Part shown: positions 10,396 to 20,216 of the stretch, piece by piece
Position numbering within the stretch: position 1 is the stretch's first letter
Layout: each line of letters opens with the position of its first letter
Assembly: GCA_963766075.1 (NCBI GenBank)
Contig: CAVYAN010000113.1
Location: forward strand, 1-64,000
Length of the DNA: 64,000 bases
Source: an uncultured cyanobacterium
GTDB taxonomy: Bacteria > Cyanobacteriota > Cyanobacteriia > Leptolyngbyales > Leptolyngbyaceae
Reading direction: 5' to 3'
Translations under genes and position numbers: made by a program
The notes under the pieces: model-generated
The model's input: the letters and a program-made list of their open reading frames with translations, nothing else
What the model was told of the DNA's origin: nothing
Databases searched by the model: none

Positions 10396-10438
10396 CGCCA
10401 GTCGCTAATACCACCACCGTTTGGGGTGACACAACAAA

Positions 10439-12823
10439 TTATTGCGATCGGGGGATTTCAATGATAAACGTGGTGCCCTGGCCGGGAGCCGAAAGGCATC
10501 GAAGTACGCCCTTGTGACGCTCAGTGACAATTTGATGGCTAATGGATAGGCCCAAGCCCGTGCCTGTACCCACGGGCTTGGTGGTAAAGAAGGGATCAAA
10601 CAACCGCTGCTGTAGCGCTGCCGACATCCCAGGCCCATTGTCCGTAATCTGAATCTGAATTGTGTCTGGCTGAATTAATTCAGTGCGGATATGAATCTTC
10701 AGTGAGGCGGTACTGAGGTCTTCGCGCGATTCCAAGGCATCAATTCCATTGGCCAAAATGTTCATAAAGACTTGATTTAATTGCCCCGCATAGCATTCCA
10801 CGGGAGGTAACACTCCATAGTCTTTAATCACTTCAATGGCGGGCTTATCGGTTTTGGCCTTCAGCCGATGTTGCAAAATCATCAGGGTGCTGTCGATGCC
10901 ATCGTGAATATTAGCTGCCTTATATTCGGCTTCATCCAGGCGGGAAAACGTCCGCAGAGAAAGCACAATTTCGCGGATGCGATCGGCTCCCACTTGCATT
11001 GAGGTCAGGAGCTGCGGTAGGTCTGTTGCCAAGAAGTCCAAATCCATCTCATCGACTTGGGCTTGAATGGCCGCCGAAGGCTCGGGGTAATGGGCTTGAT
11101 AGAGCTGAACCAGTCGCAGCAAATCTTGACTATAGGCTCTGGCATGTTTCAGATTGCCATAAATAAAGTTGACGGGATTGTTGATTTCATGTGCCACTCC
11201 GGCCACAAGCTGACCCAAACTGGACATTTTTTCCCCTTGAATTAGGTGGGATTGGGTGCGTTGCAAATCCGCTAGGGTCTGTTCCAAATCCTGGGTTTTT
11301 TGCCGCAATTGGGCTTCGGAGGTTTGCAGGGCCAAGTCTGCCCGTTTGCGCTGGATGCCCAAGGCAATTTCGTGGGAAACAAAGGCGAGAGCCTCCAGAG
11401 TAGACTCGTTGAGGGAATAGCGGGCAAATAGGGCAATGACCCCCAATAGCTGCTCATCTACCATGAGGGGATAGCCCGCAAAAGCTACCATGCCCTCTTG
11501 GCGGGCCCATTCTGGGTTGCCCACGCGGGGGTCGGTGAGGACAGAATTGGTGAGATGGGGTTTTCGTTCAGCCGCAATCAGGCCGATTTTGAATTGGCCC
11601 ACCGGCACACGGGCGTGGGGACCGTTGATGTGGGTATACAAGCCCGCGCTGGCTTGCAGTTCTAGGACTTGTTCCGAACTGTTCAGGGTCCAAATGCGCG
11701 CGAAGGCTGCGCCCAAATGCCGGACGATCGCCTCGCTGCACTGTTGCAGCATGGTTTGTAGGCTATAGCCGCTGCGAGCCAGGGCGGAGTCAATCTCTGC
11801 TCGAAAGGCTGAGAGTTGGAGTTGATGTTGCAGATACTCTTCAGCCCGTTTGGCTTCGGTAATATCTTCCCGCATCACGAGCAAATATTTAGGTTTGTTA
11901 CTTTTGGACCCAAAGATAGGCATTTTTTGCAGACGTAAAATTCGCGGTTCACCCCAAGGCGTGGTGATCACTTCTTCGGGAATTTCTAGGGGCTGGCCAG
12001 TGGCAATAACTTGGCGATCGCGCTGGGCAAAAAAGGCTGCTTGTTCCGGCGGAAACAAGTCGGCATCGGTCTTGCCCAAAATCTCCCCAGCACTCACCCC
12101 CAGCAATTTTTCTGCCGCCGCATTCCACAGCACATACTGGAGCGTCACCGCATCTTTGACTCCCACGGCTATGGGCATGGTCCGAATCACAGAGTTCAAA
12201 AAAGCCTGGGTTTGGTGCAGTTCCGCTTCAATACCTGTGCGTTCGTATAAGAGCCGTTGGGTGTGTTGGATTTCAGTTTCCAACTGGGTGACTGTATGCT
12301 CCAGTTCGGCAGTACGTTCGATAATGCGGTGTTCCAACTCCAGGTTGTTGCGCTGGAGGGCAATCTCTGCCTGCTTGCGTGCCGTAATGTCTGTAGCAAT
12401 GCCACACACAATCTCTGGGGTCCCGTCCGCCGCAAACAGGGGAAATTTCATCACTAGGCTCGTGTGGAGGCCATCCGCATGGGGTTCGACTTCTTCGATC
12501 TCGATCAGTTTGCCCGCAGCCAAAACAGCGTGGTCGGCTTGGCGAAAGGCCGTGGCAATCTCCGCAGGAAAAATATCGAGGTCATTTTTATGGCAATCTG
12601 TCTCACGGTTTAGGTTGAAGCGGGTTTCAAACTGACGATTCATAAAGATGTAGGCACCGCCAGTCATCGCATATTCTTTGGCGAAAATGCTGATGTTGGT
12701 GTTATCTAAAATGCCTTCTAAGAGCGCCTGCCGCTGCCGCAGTTCCCGGTTTTCGCGCTCTAAACGAGCCACTTGCCGTTGCAACGCGTCAACTTCCACC
12801 AATAACACCGGAGAATTAGCCAT
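10439..12823 (-). CDS. PAS-PAS-GAF sensor histidine kinase (NtrB-type H-box)
   Basis: Two PAS/PAC domains, a GAF domain without the bilin Cys motif, 'AGVAHEINNP', 'QLNQVFMN', 'DNGPG', 'FFTTKPVGTGTGLGL'. Confidence 0.92.
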   Translation of the reverse strand: MANSPVLLVEVDALQRQVARLERENRELRQRQALLEGILDNTNISIFAKEYAMTGGAYIFMNRQFETRFNLNRETDCHKNDLDIFPAEIATAFRQADHAVLAAGKLIEIEEVEPHADGLHTSLVMKFPLFAADGTPEIVCGIATDITARKQAEIALQRNNLELEHRIIERTAELEHTVTQLETEIQHTQRLLYERTGIEAELHQTQAFLNSVIRTMPIAVGVKDAVTLQYVLWNAAAEKLLGVSAGEILGKTDADLFPPEQAAFFAQRDRQVIATGQPLEIPEEVITTPWGEPRILRLQKMPIFGSKSNKPKYLLVMREDITEAKRAEEYLQHQLQLSAFRAEIDSALARSGYSLQTMLQQCSEAIVRHLGAAFARIWTLNSSEQVLELQASAGLYTHINGPHARVPVGQFKIGLIAAERKPHLTNSVLTDPRVGNPEWARQEGMVAFAGYPLMVDEQLLGVIALFARYSLNESTLEALAFVSHEIALGIQRKRADLALQTSEAQLRQKTQDLEQTLADLQRTQSHLIQGEKMSSLGQLVAGVAHEINNPVNFIYGNLKHARAYSQDLLRLVQLYQAHYPEPSAAIQAQVDEMDLDFLATDLPQLLTSMQVGADRIREIVLSLRTFSRLDEAEYKAANIHDGIDSTLMILQHRLKAKTDKPAIEVIKDYGVLPPVECYAGQLNQVFMNILANGIDALESREDLSTASLKIHIRTELIQPDTIQIQITDNGPGMSAALQQRLFDPFFTTKPVGTGTGLGLSISHQIVTERHKGVLRCLSAPGQGTTFIIEIPRSQ

Positions 12824-13247
12824 AAATTTTCACGGAACTAATGTACACAATGGGATAGAGCACTCGTTTGGCTAGCACAGGCGTTGCTCCGCCAACAGGC
12901 GTTGCCCCACGCCGGATGGGCATCTCTTACCGTCACAGAGTACCCCGCTGAGTCGGGGATCTCCCATGGCTAGTCAAAAAAGTGGGCGGGCAGGGACAGA
13001 GAGTCGGCCCAGGGTTGGCAGTCGCAGCCCTTGAGCGAATTAGGGGCAAATCTGGAAAGAATCCTGTGGTTTTAGAGGGGGCGATCGCTGGCCTGGTAGG
13101 TTGTGAATACCCCTAACGGAATCGCCTACAGTCAATGTCCGATAGGCGGTGGCACTAGGAAATGAACGGTTAGGATATCCGGTATTGGATCTAGCCCTTG
13201 ATGAGTCGGTCCTTTGAATTTTTCCAATCTTTAACTGTTCCCAATCT

Positions 13248-14927
13248 ATGACTTCTGTTTTCTTGTCTGCGTTGACCACCTTTGCTCGCTATCACAAAGC
13301 AAAATTTGTGTCTAAAACCCGCCAGGTTGAGGCGGTGCAGGAGCGCTTTTTGCAGAACTTATTGGTTGACCACCGCCGGACTGAACTGGGGCGAACCTAT
13401 GGCTTAGATGACATTAAATCGATTGATCAATTTCGAGCCCGAATCCCCATCCTGCCCTACAGCAGCTATGAGCCGTACACCGATCGCATTGCCCAAGGGG
13501 AGACGGATATTCTCACAGCGGAACCGGTGGTCTACTTGACCCTGACCAGCGGCTCCACAGGTAAAAAGAAATTGATTCCCACCACGCGGCGATCGCAAAA
13601 TAGCTTTCGGACCGCCAGCCTCACCAGCATGGGGTTTTTGAGTGAAGCGCTCCAGTCACAGCGGCGGGACTTTGGCAAACTTTTGGTGACCAACTCCACC
13701 CAAATTTGGGGTCGCACCCAGGCCGGGATCGAATACGGTCCCTCCAGCGCGGGGGTTCTGCGCATGGAAAAACGGCTGTACAAGCATTGTTTTGCCCATC
13801 CCTACGAATCCTTACAGGTGGCGGACAGTTTAGCCCGACACTACCTTTGCTTGCTGTTTGCCCTGCGGGATCAGTCTTTGCGTGGCATGGTTGCCAATTT
13901 CCCCATGCTGATTCTGCGCACCTGTGGCTATCTGGAGCAGTACGCGGAAGCCCTGATTGAAGATTTAGCGAAAGGGACGATCGCCCCCTGGTTGGAACTG
14001 GAACCGGGCCTGCGACAGAGCCTGGAACAGCAGTGGTCAGCCGTACCGGCGCGGGCAACGCAATTGCGGGAAATTTGGCGATCGGAGGGCCGTTTAACCC
14101 CCCAATTGGCTTGGTCCAACTTGTCCTACATTGCCACCGCCCGAGGCGGTACATCGGACTTTTACTTTGAACGGTTCCCGGATTACTTTGGCGATACGCC
14201 CGGTTGGGGCGCGGCCTATGCCTCAGCAGAAGGCATGTTCAGTGTCTATCACAGCCTCAATGACGACAGCAGCATTTTGGCGATCGAGAGCGGCTTTTAT
14301 GAATTTATTCCGATGGATCAGTGGGATGTGGAACAGCCCCAAACCATCCTCCCGACGGAAGTGAAAGTTGGGGAACACTATCGGATTTTGATTACTAACT
14401 ATGGCGGGTTTTATCGCTATGACATTGGCGATGTGGTGGAAGTTGTGGGGTTTTACCACCAGGCTCCGCTGCTGGTGTTTCGCTATCGGCGGGGGGGATT
14501 CATTTCTTCAACCACTGAAAAGACGACGGAGTTTCATGTCACGCAGGTGATGCAATCCCTGCAACAGGAGTTTCAGGTGCCCCTAGAAGACTTTTGCATC
14601 ACGCTGTCGGCCCAGGAGTTTCCGGCCCGCTATTTGGTGAATGTCGAGTTGGCCCCGGGTAAAACCCTAGGAGATGCCCAGCAGTTTTTGGATCGGTTCG
14701 ATCGCCAATTGCAATCCGCCAACACCCACTATGCCATCAGCCGCCGCGACCCAATTCCGCCGCCGCGATTGCGGATTTTGGCTCCGGGTAGTTTTGCCAC
14801 AATTCGGCAGCGCCAATTGCAAAAAGGCATGCCGGATTCACAGCTTAAATTTCCCCATATCAGCGAAGATCGCACCTTTTTGGATGGGTTGCAGGTGCAG
14901 CAAGACGTGAGGCTGGCGGAGGATTAG
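13248..14927 (+). CDS. GH3 family acyl-acid amido synthetase-like protein
   Basis: GH3 motifs 'TSGSTGKKKLIP', 'YASAEG', 'YRYDIGD'. Confidence 0.9.
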   Translation: MTSVFLSALTTFARYHKAKFVSKTRQVEAVQERFLQNLLVDHRRTELGRTYGLDDIKSIDQFRARIPILPYSSYEPYTDRIAQGETDILTAEPVVYLTLTSGSTGKKKLIPTTRRSQNSFRTASLTSMGFLSEALQSQRRDFGKLLVTNSTQIWGRTQAGIEYGPSSAGVLRMEKRLYKHCFAHPYESLQVADSLARHYLCLLFALRDQSLRGMVANFPMLILRTCGYLEQYAEALIEDLAKGTIAPWLELEPGLRQSLEQQWSAVPARATQLREIWRSEGRLTPQLAWSNLSYIATARGGTSDFYFERFPDYFGDTPGWGAAYASAEGMFSVYHSLNDDSSILAIESGFYEFIPMDQWDVEQPQTILPTEVKVGEHYRILITNYGGFYRYDIGDVVEVVGFYHQAPLLVFRYRRGGFISSTTEKTTEFHVTQVMQSLQQEFQVPLEDFCITLSAQEFPARYLVNVELAPGKTLGDAQQFLDRFDRQLQSANTHYAISRRDPIPPPRLRILAPGSFATIRQRQLQKGMPDSQLKFPHISEDRTFLDGLQVQQDVRLAED

Positions 14928-15701
14928 TCCCCCTTAACCCATGTCCCCAGGCTCAGCAGGCCCAGGGCCACCACTAAAATCACCCCGGTCACCACAATGG
15001 GCAGTGAGGCAATTTGCTTGTTCATGATCGCCACGATCGCCCACATGATGACCAGGGTATAGACCCGATCATGGCGATGAACCGTGATCCGGGCGGCGAT
15101 CGCACCGCTAATGATCATCATGATCACGGTCCAGCTTGTGGGGGAAATGCCACCGCCATCCCAGTTGAGGCTGAACAGAGCGATCGCCACATTCACCACC
15201 GTTGCCACCGTAATCCAGCCAAAATAGACGCTAATTGGGTAATGAATCAACCAGCGCTCCTGCCGAGACACCCGCTGTTGGCCAATCCCTAATCCTAGAT
15301 AGAGCGCCATCAGGGCACCCAAGATCACCAGCATGGGCAGTGTCGATAGCGGAAAGAGGAGCGCCTGAAACGTGTAAATCCAGACACATTGCGCCACACT
15401 GGCGACAATCAACAACCAGCTATGGCGCTGTAGCCGTTGGTTTTGCTGCTGGCTGGGTTGCAATTGATAAATGCAAAAGGCAATCAGTCCAATATAAATT
15501 AGGCCCCAAATGGCAAAGGCATAGTTTGCAGGAATAATATGAACAGGGGCAAAGAGCGTGTTGGACAACGCCCCGACCGATTGCGTTGGACTGGGAAAGC
15601 GCGTGGAAAGAAAATTTACGGCGATCGCACCCAGCACAGCGCGTGAGCGTCAGCCATTGCCAGAGTCGATTCGGTTGCACGGGAGCAGTGGGTTGCATCA
15701 T
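14924..15701 (-). CDS. TspO/MBR-like tryptophan-rich membrane protein; apparent +1 frameshift at ~15640
   Basis: 'IIPANYAFAIWGLIY' and 'SVYFGWITVAT'. The N-terminus 'MMQPTAP..LWQWLTL' is in the adjacent frame. Confidence 0.75.
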
Positions 15702-15772
15702 GGCAGCACGTCGTAGGATGGCTTAAAGTATACTTTGCCTCTACCCCTCTAAATCTTTGGTTGCGATCGCCC

Positions 15773-16957
15773 ATGAACCGCACGTTTTGGATCACAGCTC
15801 TGGTTGCCTTTGCCAATTCTCTGAGTTTTACGATCCTGATTCCGATTCTGTATTTGTACGGGCGGCAGTTTGGTCTCACAGATTTCCAAACCAGTCTGCT
15901 TTTTTCCACCTACGCCGTGGCCCAGTTTTTTTCGACCCCGGTAATTGGCAAGCTTTCCGATCGCTATGGCCGTAAGCCTCTGCTGATCATCAGTCTCTTG
16001 GGCACTGTCATCGCTAACTTCCTGGCTGGAACCGCCAGCACTGCTGCCGTGCTGTTTTTGGCCCGGTTTTTGGATGGCATTACAGGGGGCAATGTATCCG
16101 TGGCCCAGGCGGTGGTCTCGGATGTCGTGGCTCCGGACAAGCGGGCCAAGGCGTTTGGCATTTTCGGGGCCTTAACCTTTGGCTTGGGGTTTGTGATCGG
16201 GCCCGCGATCAGCTTAGGTGCGCAAAAAGTCTCCCTGGGCGCAGGCTTTCTGGCATCCAGTGGCATCGCGGCGATCGCCCTCTTCATGACAATCTTCTTT
16301 TTGCCGGAAACATTACAGGTCAAAGCTGAAAAAGCCGAAAACATCTTTGACCTCGGCCTTGGTAATTTACTCACCGGCTTGACCCTACCCAGCATTGGTA
16401 TTTTGCTGGTGATCAATTTCATGATTGGCACCACCTTTACCGTTTTCACATTTGCCTTCCAGCCCTACTTTATTCACATTCTGGGCCAAGACAATCAGGG
16501 TTTAACGCTGCTATTTATTGGGTTTGGCACCGTGGCCATCTTTGTCCAAACCAAGGGAATTAGTTTCCTAATGGGCAAACTGAGCCTCGTGAAAATCTTA
16601 TTCCTAGCCCTGTTTGTTCGCAGCCTCTCCTTTGTGTTGATGCCGATCTGCCACAATATTTTCTATTTCGTAGCTGTGAGTATTCTCTTTTCCCTATTCA
16701 ATGCTTTAGTGCAGCCAATGATTACAACATTGATCTCGCTGAATGCAAAACCCCAAGTCCAAGGAATGGTGATGGGGCTTAACTCCTCGTATCTCAATGT
16801 TTCCAATGCCTTTGGCCCCGTGATTGCGGGACTGTTGGTCAATCAAGCCAATCCCAATACCTACAGCTACCCCCTCTACTTGGCAGGTGTGCTCACTTTT
16901 GCCGTGCTGTTGTTTGCGATCAAAACGCGACATCAGTACACTACCGACTCACCGTGA
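15773..16957 (+). CDS. MFS transporter (DHA1/TetA-like)
   Basis: Motif A 'GKLSDRYGRKP', 'ARFLDGITGGN', ~12 TM segments. Confidence 0.92.
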   Translation: MNRTFWITALVAFANSLSFTILIPILYLYGRQFGLTDFQTSLLFSTYAVAQFFSTPVIGKLSDRYGRKPLLIISLLGTVIANFLAGTASTAAVLFLARFLDGITGGNVSVAQAVVSDVVAPDKRAKAFGIFGALTFGLGFVIGPAISLGAQKVSLGAGFLASSGIAAIALFMTIFFLPETLQVKAEKAENIFDLGLGNLLTGLTLPSIGILLVINFMIGTTFTVFTFAFQPYFIHILGQDNQGLTLLFIGFGTVAIFVQTKGISFLMGKLSLVKILFLALFVRSLSFVLMPICHNIFYFVAVSILFSLFNALVQPMITTLISLNAKPQVQGMVMGLNSSYLNVSNAFGPVIAGLLVNQANPNTYSYPLYLAGVLTFAVLLFAIKTRHQYTTDSP

Positions 16958-17402
16958 CCCGATAGGACAACTCAAAGGCATCAAAGTTTGCTCCTGACTT
17001 GGGTTTCCCAGAAAATTCCAACTCATAAATTCCGGGTTTCGCAAACGTAATCATCGCACTGGGAATCCCTTGGTACCGCTCCACACTATAAGCCGTTAAA
17101 GCCGGACGCGACAGTGGGGGCGTTTTACCCTCTTGATGAGGCACCGGATACACCGCCAATTTACAATCACACTGGGACAGCGGAATTAACTGCCCCCCGC
17201 GACGGGTCAGAGCAAACCAGGCCCGCGCCGGTTGGCCCGCCTTGGGATGATGGCTGGGTTCTAAGTGGAAGGTGGCGGCAACGTTGCCCGAGGTTTCGAT
17301 TTCGTGGGAGCGCCCTGGGAGCGCGATCGCCAAGGGCACTAGCAGCCCGCTGATCAGAAATCCGCCGCACAGACGCCGAGAGTAGCCAGGAAAAAAATTC
17401 AT
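16941..17402 (-). CDS. Conserved exported cyanobacterial protein, possibly metal-binding
   Basis: Signal-peptide-like N-terminus followed by His ('HEIETSGNVAATFHLEP..WFALTRRGG..CDCKL'). ATG at 17402. Confidence 0.7.
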   Translation of the reverse strand: MNFFPGYSRRLCGGFLISGLLVPLAIALPGRSHEIETSGNVAATFHLEPSHHPKAGQPARAWFALTRRGGQLIPLSQCDCKLAVYPVPHQEGKTPPLSRPALTAYSVERYQGIPSAMITFAKPGIYELEFSGKPKSGANFDAFELSYRVTVSR

Positions 17403-17570
17403 CGTGTGAGACTCACTAGCCAAAGGTTCCACACCCCACCTTGCAGCGAAGGCGGCCACCTGTCAAATGACAGCCTGTCAAACCTCGGTTGTCAGAACTT
17501 GGATATCCGTTAGAAATCCGGTTCAGCGGCCTCTGAGAAGCCTCTCAGCACGACTCATAGGGTGCGCTAC
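17403..17570 (-). ncRNA. Putative structured RNA resembling a type V-K (Cas12k) tracrRNA scaffold; orphan
   Basis: Hairpins CTGAGA-GGCT-TCTCAG and CTGTCA-TT-TGACAG. Ordered motifs TAGCGC, GTCGTGCT, GCCGCTGAA, TTCTGAC, GCTGTCATTTGACAGG, TGGCTAGTGAGTC. Confidence 0.45.
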
Positions 17571-17648
17571 AATGCAGTAGTAGAACTGCTACAGGCTATC
17601 TAGCGATCGCACGGCCCGCATTATCACCCTCGTGATCTCACTTGTTCT

Positions 17649-18575
17649 ATGCCCACCTTCATTAACCCCAAAACCGATTTTGCCTTCAAAAAGATTTTTG
17701 GCTCTGATCAAAGTCACAGGATTCTGATCAGTTTTTTGAATGGGCTGCTCTACAAAGGAGAGCCGACGATTCAAGCGTTGGATATTCTCAACCCTTACCA
17801 AGTTCCCAAAATTCGCGGCGTCAAAGACACCTATTTGGACGTGAAAGCCCAATTGAATACAGGTGAAACCGTGATTATTGAGATGCAGGTATTGAATGTA
17901 GAGGGCTTCGAGCAACGCATTCTTTACAACGCGGCTAAGGCTTATTCCATACAATTGGCGGTCGGAGAAGACTATAGCTTACTCAATCCCGTCATTGCCT
18001 TGACTATCACTGACTTTGAGATGTTTCCGGATCTAGATGCGGTTATGACGGAGTTTGTGTTGAAAGAGAAATACTTTTTAATGGACTATCCGATTCATGA
18101 TCTAGAGCTAGTGTTTGTAGAATTACCCAAGTTTCAACGACAGTTGACGGAACTCGAAAGCTTGAGCGATCGCTGGTTATATTTTCTCCAGAATGCACGG
18201 AAATTAGACCAGGTGCCAGCGGAAATGGCATTGGTGCCAGAGATTGAACACGCGTTTCAGATCGCCAATCAGGCAAACTTGAATCGGGACGAGCTTGAGG
18301 AACTGGAGCATCAGGAGATCTTTATCCACGACCAGCGCAATGCCATCATCAGAGCAACAAAACATGGCCTGCGGCAAGGACTTCAGCAAGGACTTCAGCA
18401 AGGACTTCAGCAAGGACTTCAGCAAGGAATCCAGCAAGGAATCCAGCAAGGAAGCCGGCAGACGCAACTCGACATCGCGCAACGGATGCTGTCATCCATG
18501 GATGATCAGGCAATCTGTCAAGTGACAGGATTATCTCCGGAAGAGGTGCAGCATCTCAGACAGGCTCCACTCTAA
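17649..18575 (+). CDS. Rpn family PD-(D/E)XK nuclease / putative transposase
   Basis: 'INPKTDFAFKKIFGS', 'YLDVKA..IIEMQV', 'FVELPKF', 'DRWLYFL'; C-terminal G(L/I)QQ repeats and HTH-like tail 'ICQVTGLSPEEV'. Confidence 0.92.
   Translation: MPTFINPKTDFAFKKIFGSDQSHRILISFLNGLLYKGEPTIQALDILNPYQVPKIRGVKDTYLDVKAQLNTGETVIIEMQVLNVEGFEQRILYNAAKAYSIQLAVGEDYSLLNPVIALTITDFEMFPDLDAVMTEFVLKEKYFLMDYPIHDLELVFVELPKFQRQLTELESLSDRWLYFLQNARKLDQVPAEMALVPEIEHAFQIANQANLNRDELEELEHQEIFIHDQRNAIIRATKHGLRQGLQQGLQQGLQQGLQQGIQQGIQQGSRQTQLDIAQRMLSSMDDQAICQVTGLSPEEVQHLRQAPL
18374..18452 (+). repeat. 12-bp tandem repeat x7 (GCAAGGACTTCA/GCAAGGAATCCA) encoding G(L/I)QQ
   Basis: GCAAGGA units at 18374, 18386, 18398, 18410, 18422, 18434 and 18446. 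Confidence 0.95.
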
Positions 18576-18615
18576 TTTTATATCTTGTCCCGATCGCGAT
18601 CGCAGCCCAAAGAGT

Positions 18616-19050
18616 TCAGCCAACCGCTGTCGTTGTCTCTGCATTATTACTCACGGTGGGATTGCCCACGATGGGCAAGAGTCCCAGATTTGCCGTTTTT
18701 TGTAAGGCTTGGTCGAGCTTCATGCCTTGTTTCGTGGCAACGTAGGTTAAAGCCAGCGCTGCCGCGCGAACGCCATTGCCGCAGTGTAATAGGAGAGGCT
18801 TTGGCAAAGCGGTAATTTGTGTCATTACGGCTAAGAATTGAGCCGGATCAATGTCGTCGCTATTTGTTGGCGTATTGCAGTAGCGTAAACCTAAGCATTC
18901 CACACTATATTGTTCTGTCGCCAGAAAGCCTGTCTCAGTCGGCGATCGCACATTCAATACCGACCGATATCCGGCCTGTGCCAACGCCTGGACATCCTCA
19001 GGACTCACCTGTCCGGCAATGGCTAGCTCATGGGTAATTGCTCTAATCAT
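18616..19050 (-). CDS. DUF442/TIGR01244-type phosphatase or sulfurtransferase-like protein
   Basis: 'IAGQVSPED..GYRSVLNVRSPTE' and C-X4-R loop 'PLLLHCGNGVRA'. Confidence 0.8.
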   Translation of the reverse strand: MIRAITHELAIAGQVSPEDVQALAQAGYRSVLNVRSPTETGFLATEQYSVECLGLRYCNTPTNSDDIDPAQFLAVMTQITALPKPLLLHCGNGVRAAALALTYVATKQGMKLDQALQKTANLGLLPIVGNPTVSNNAETTTAVG

Positions 19051-19313
19051 GCCCTTTCCTCAAAGTCTAGCAAATCGTCTTTTATCCCTGCCTATGCCCA
19101 GCGATCGCCCACACGTTGTTCACCAAACCCCACCTGCTAATCCTTCTGTAGAAGCTGGGTGCAGGTTTTTTGCCAGTTTCAACACGTTTTCCGATAGTCA
19201 ACATTATCATTACGGCCTAGGTAACCCTGAAGCGCTCCGATGAGAGCGGGAATCGGCTTCGGGTAATATTCTGAGCCTAAGGCAATGACTTGAGGAAGTT
19301 GTGAGGACGATCG

Positions 19314-20216
19314 CTATCCCGACGCCGCTACGCCGACTTGCTCAAGGACATGCAGAGGACCATGCTGCTTTAATCGCTGTAATTCCCCGGCATTCCGGAC
19401 AAAAAAACTGCCCGCAAACCCCAAGGCATTGATGGCAATCTGGTCAAAACTTTCTTGGGAACGCCGCACCAGCAGCAGCCATTCCCGCGTGACCAAAAGG
19501 TTATAGCCAACGGCTTCAGATGCTTTGGGGTCTAAGCCAATCGCTGGGAGCAGGATAGAGTAGCGTTCTAAAAGATCCTGGGCCGCCTGTTCTGGACATT
19601 GGAATCGGTGGGCGGGGAGGCAGGCGATCGCATGGAGAAAGGGCAATCGAGGACTGCGACCCACGCCATCCACAAAAGTTGCCTCTGCCAACAGCGGCTC
19701 TATGGGCAACCGCGATCCCGACGGTGCTAAGGGCAGTGGAATTAATTGCAAATGCTTGTGCCGCTGGCTGGCTCCTGCCACCTTGCCCCCGTTGTAAAAC
19801 CCGAGGCCGTCAATGTCAGCAAGCCCCACGGCCAACGCCTCAAAATCTGCCACTGTCAGCCAACTGTCCTGGGATTCAAAGGCGCGCGTAATCAGGAGCA
19901 GATGATGATCGACGACATTGTACTTATTCAACAATGCCCCATGGGTTGGCGAAACATTCGCAACGTACAAGTCCTGTTCGTAGGGCAGAAACGGGTTAAA
20001 CTCGGGGTCCTGCGTCGCAGAATTCGGCGATCGCGGTGTTCTCTCCCGCCGCGCTTGATCCTTCCGTTCTAAATTCGCCAGCACTCGCACCATAAACTGC
20101 GTTCCGGCCTCCTCCACCCAAGTGCACTCCGTGGGAATTGGTCGCAGGGCACCCTTTTGCAGTGCTGACTCAGTGCGTTCCAGCACCTGTCGCCATAGTT
20201 GTCCCGGGGGCAGCAT
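19314..20216 (-). CDS. ATP adenylyltransferase / Ap4A phosphorylase family
   Basis: 'FNPFLPYE', 'LLNKYNVVDHHLL', 'FYNGGKVAGASQRHKHLQ', 'INALGFAGS'. Confidence 0.9.
   Translation of the reverse strand: MLPPGQLWRQVLERTESALQKGALRPIPTECTWVEEAGTQFMVRVLANLERKDQARRERTPRSPNSATQDPEFNPFLPYEQDLYVANVSPTHGALLNKYNVVDHHLLLITRAFESQDSWLTVADFEALAVGLADIDGLGFYNGGKVAGASQRHKHLQLIPLPLAPSGSRLPIEPLLAEATFVDGVGRSPRLPFLHAIACLPAHRFQCPEQAAQDLLERYSILLPAIGLDPKASEAVGYNLLVTREWLLLVRRSQESFDQIAINALGFAGSFFVRNAGELQRLKQHGPLHVLEQVGVAASG

Noticed and set aside
11350..11800. GAF of the 794-aa kinase as a fourth photoreceptor
   Set aside because: No CH/CL chromophore Cys and no DXCF/DIP motif. The same holds for the GAFs at ~27.7-28.1 kb and ~37.0-37.45 kb.
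13040..13220. Possible c-di-GMP riboswitch upstream of GH3 (GGCAAA..GAAA)
   Set aside because: Lacks the paired P2/P3 stems and the GCAAAG element.
18374..18452. Possible CRISPR array
   Set aside because: Contiguous 12-bp in-frame coding repeats without spacers.
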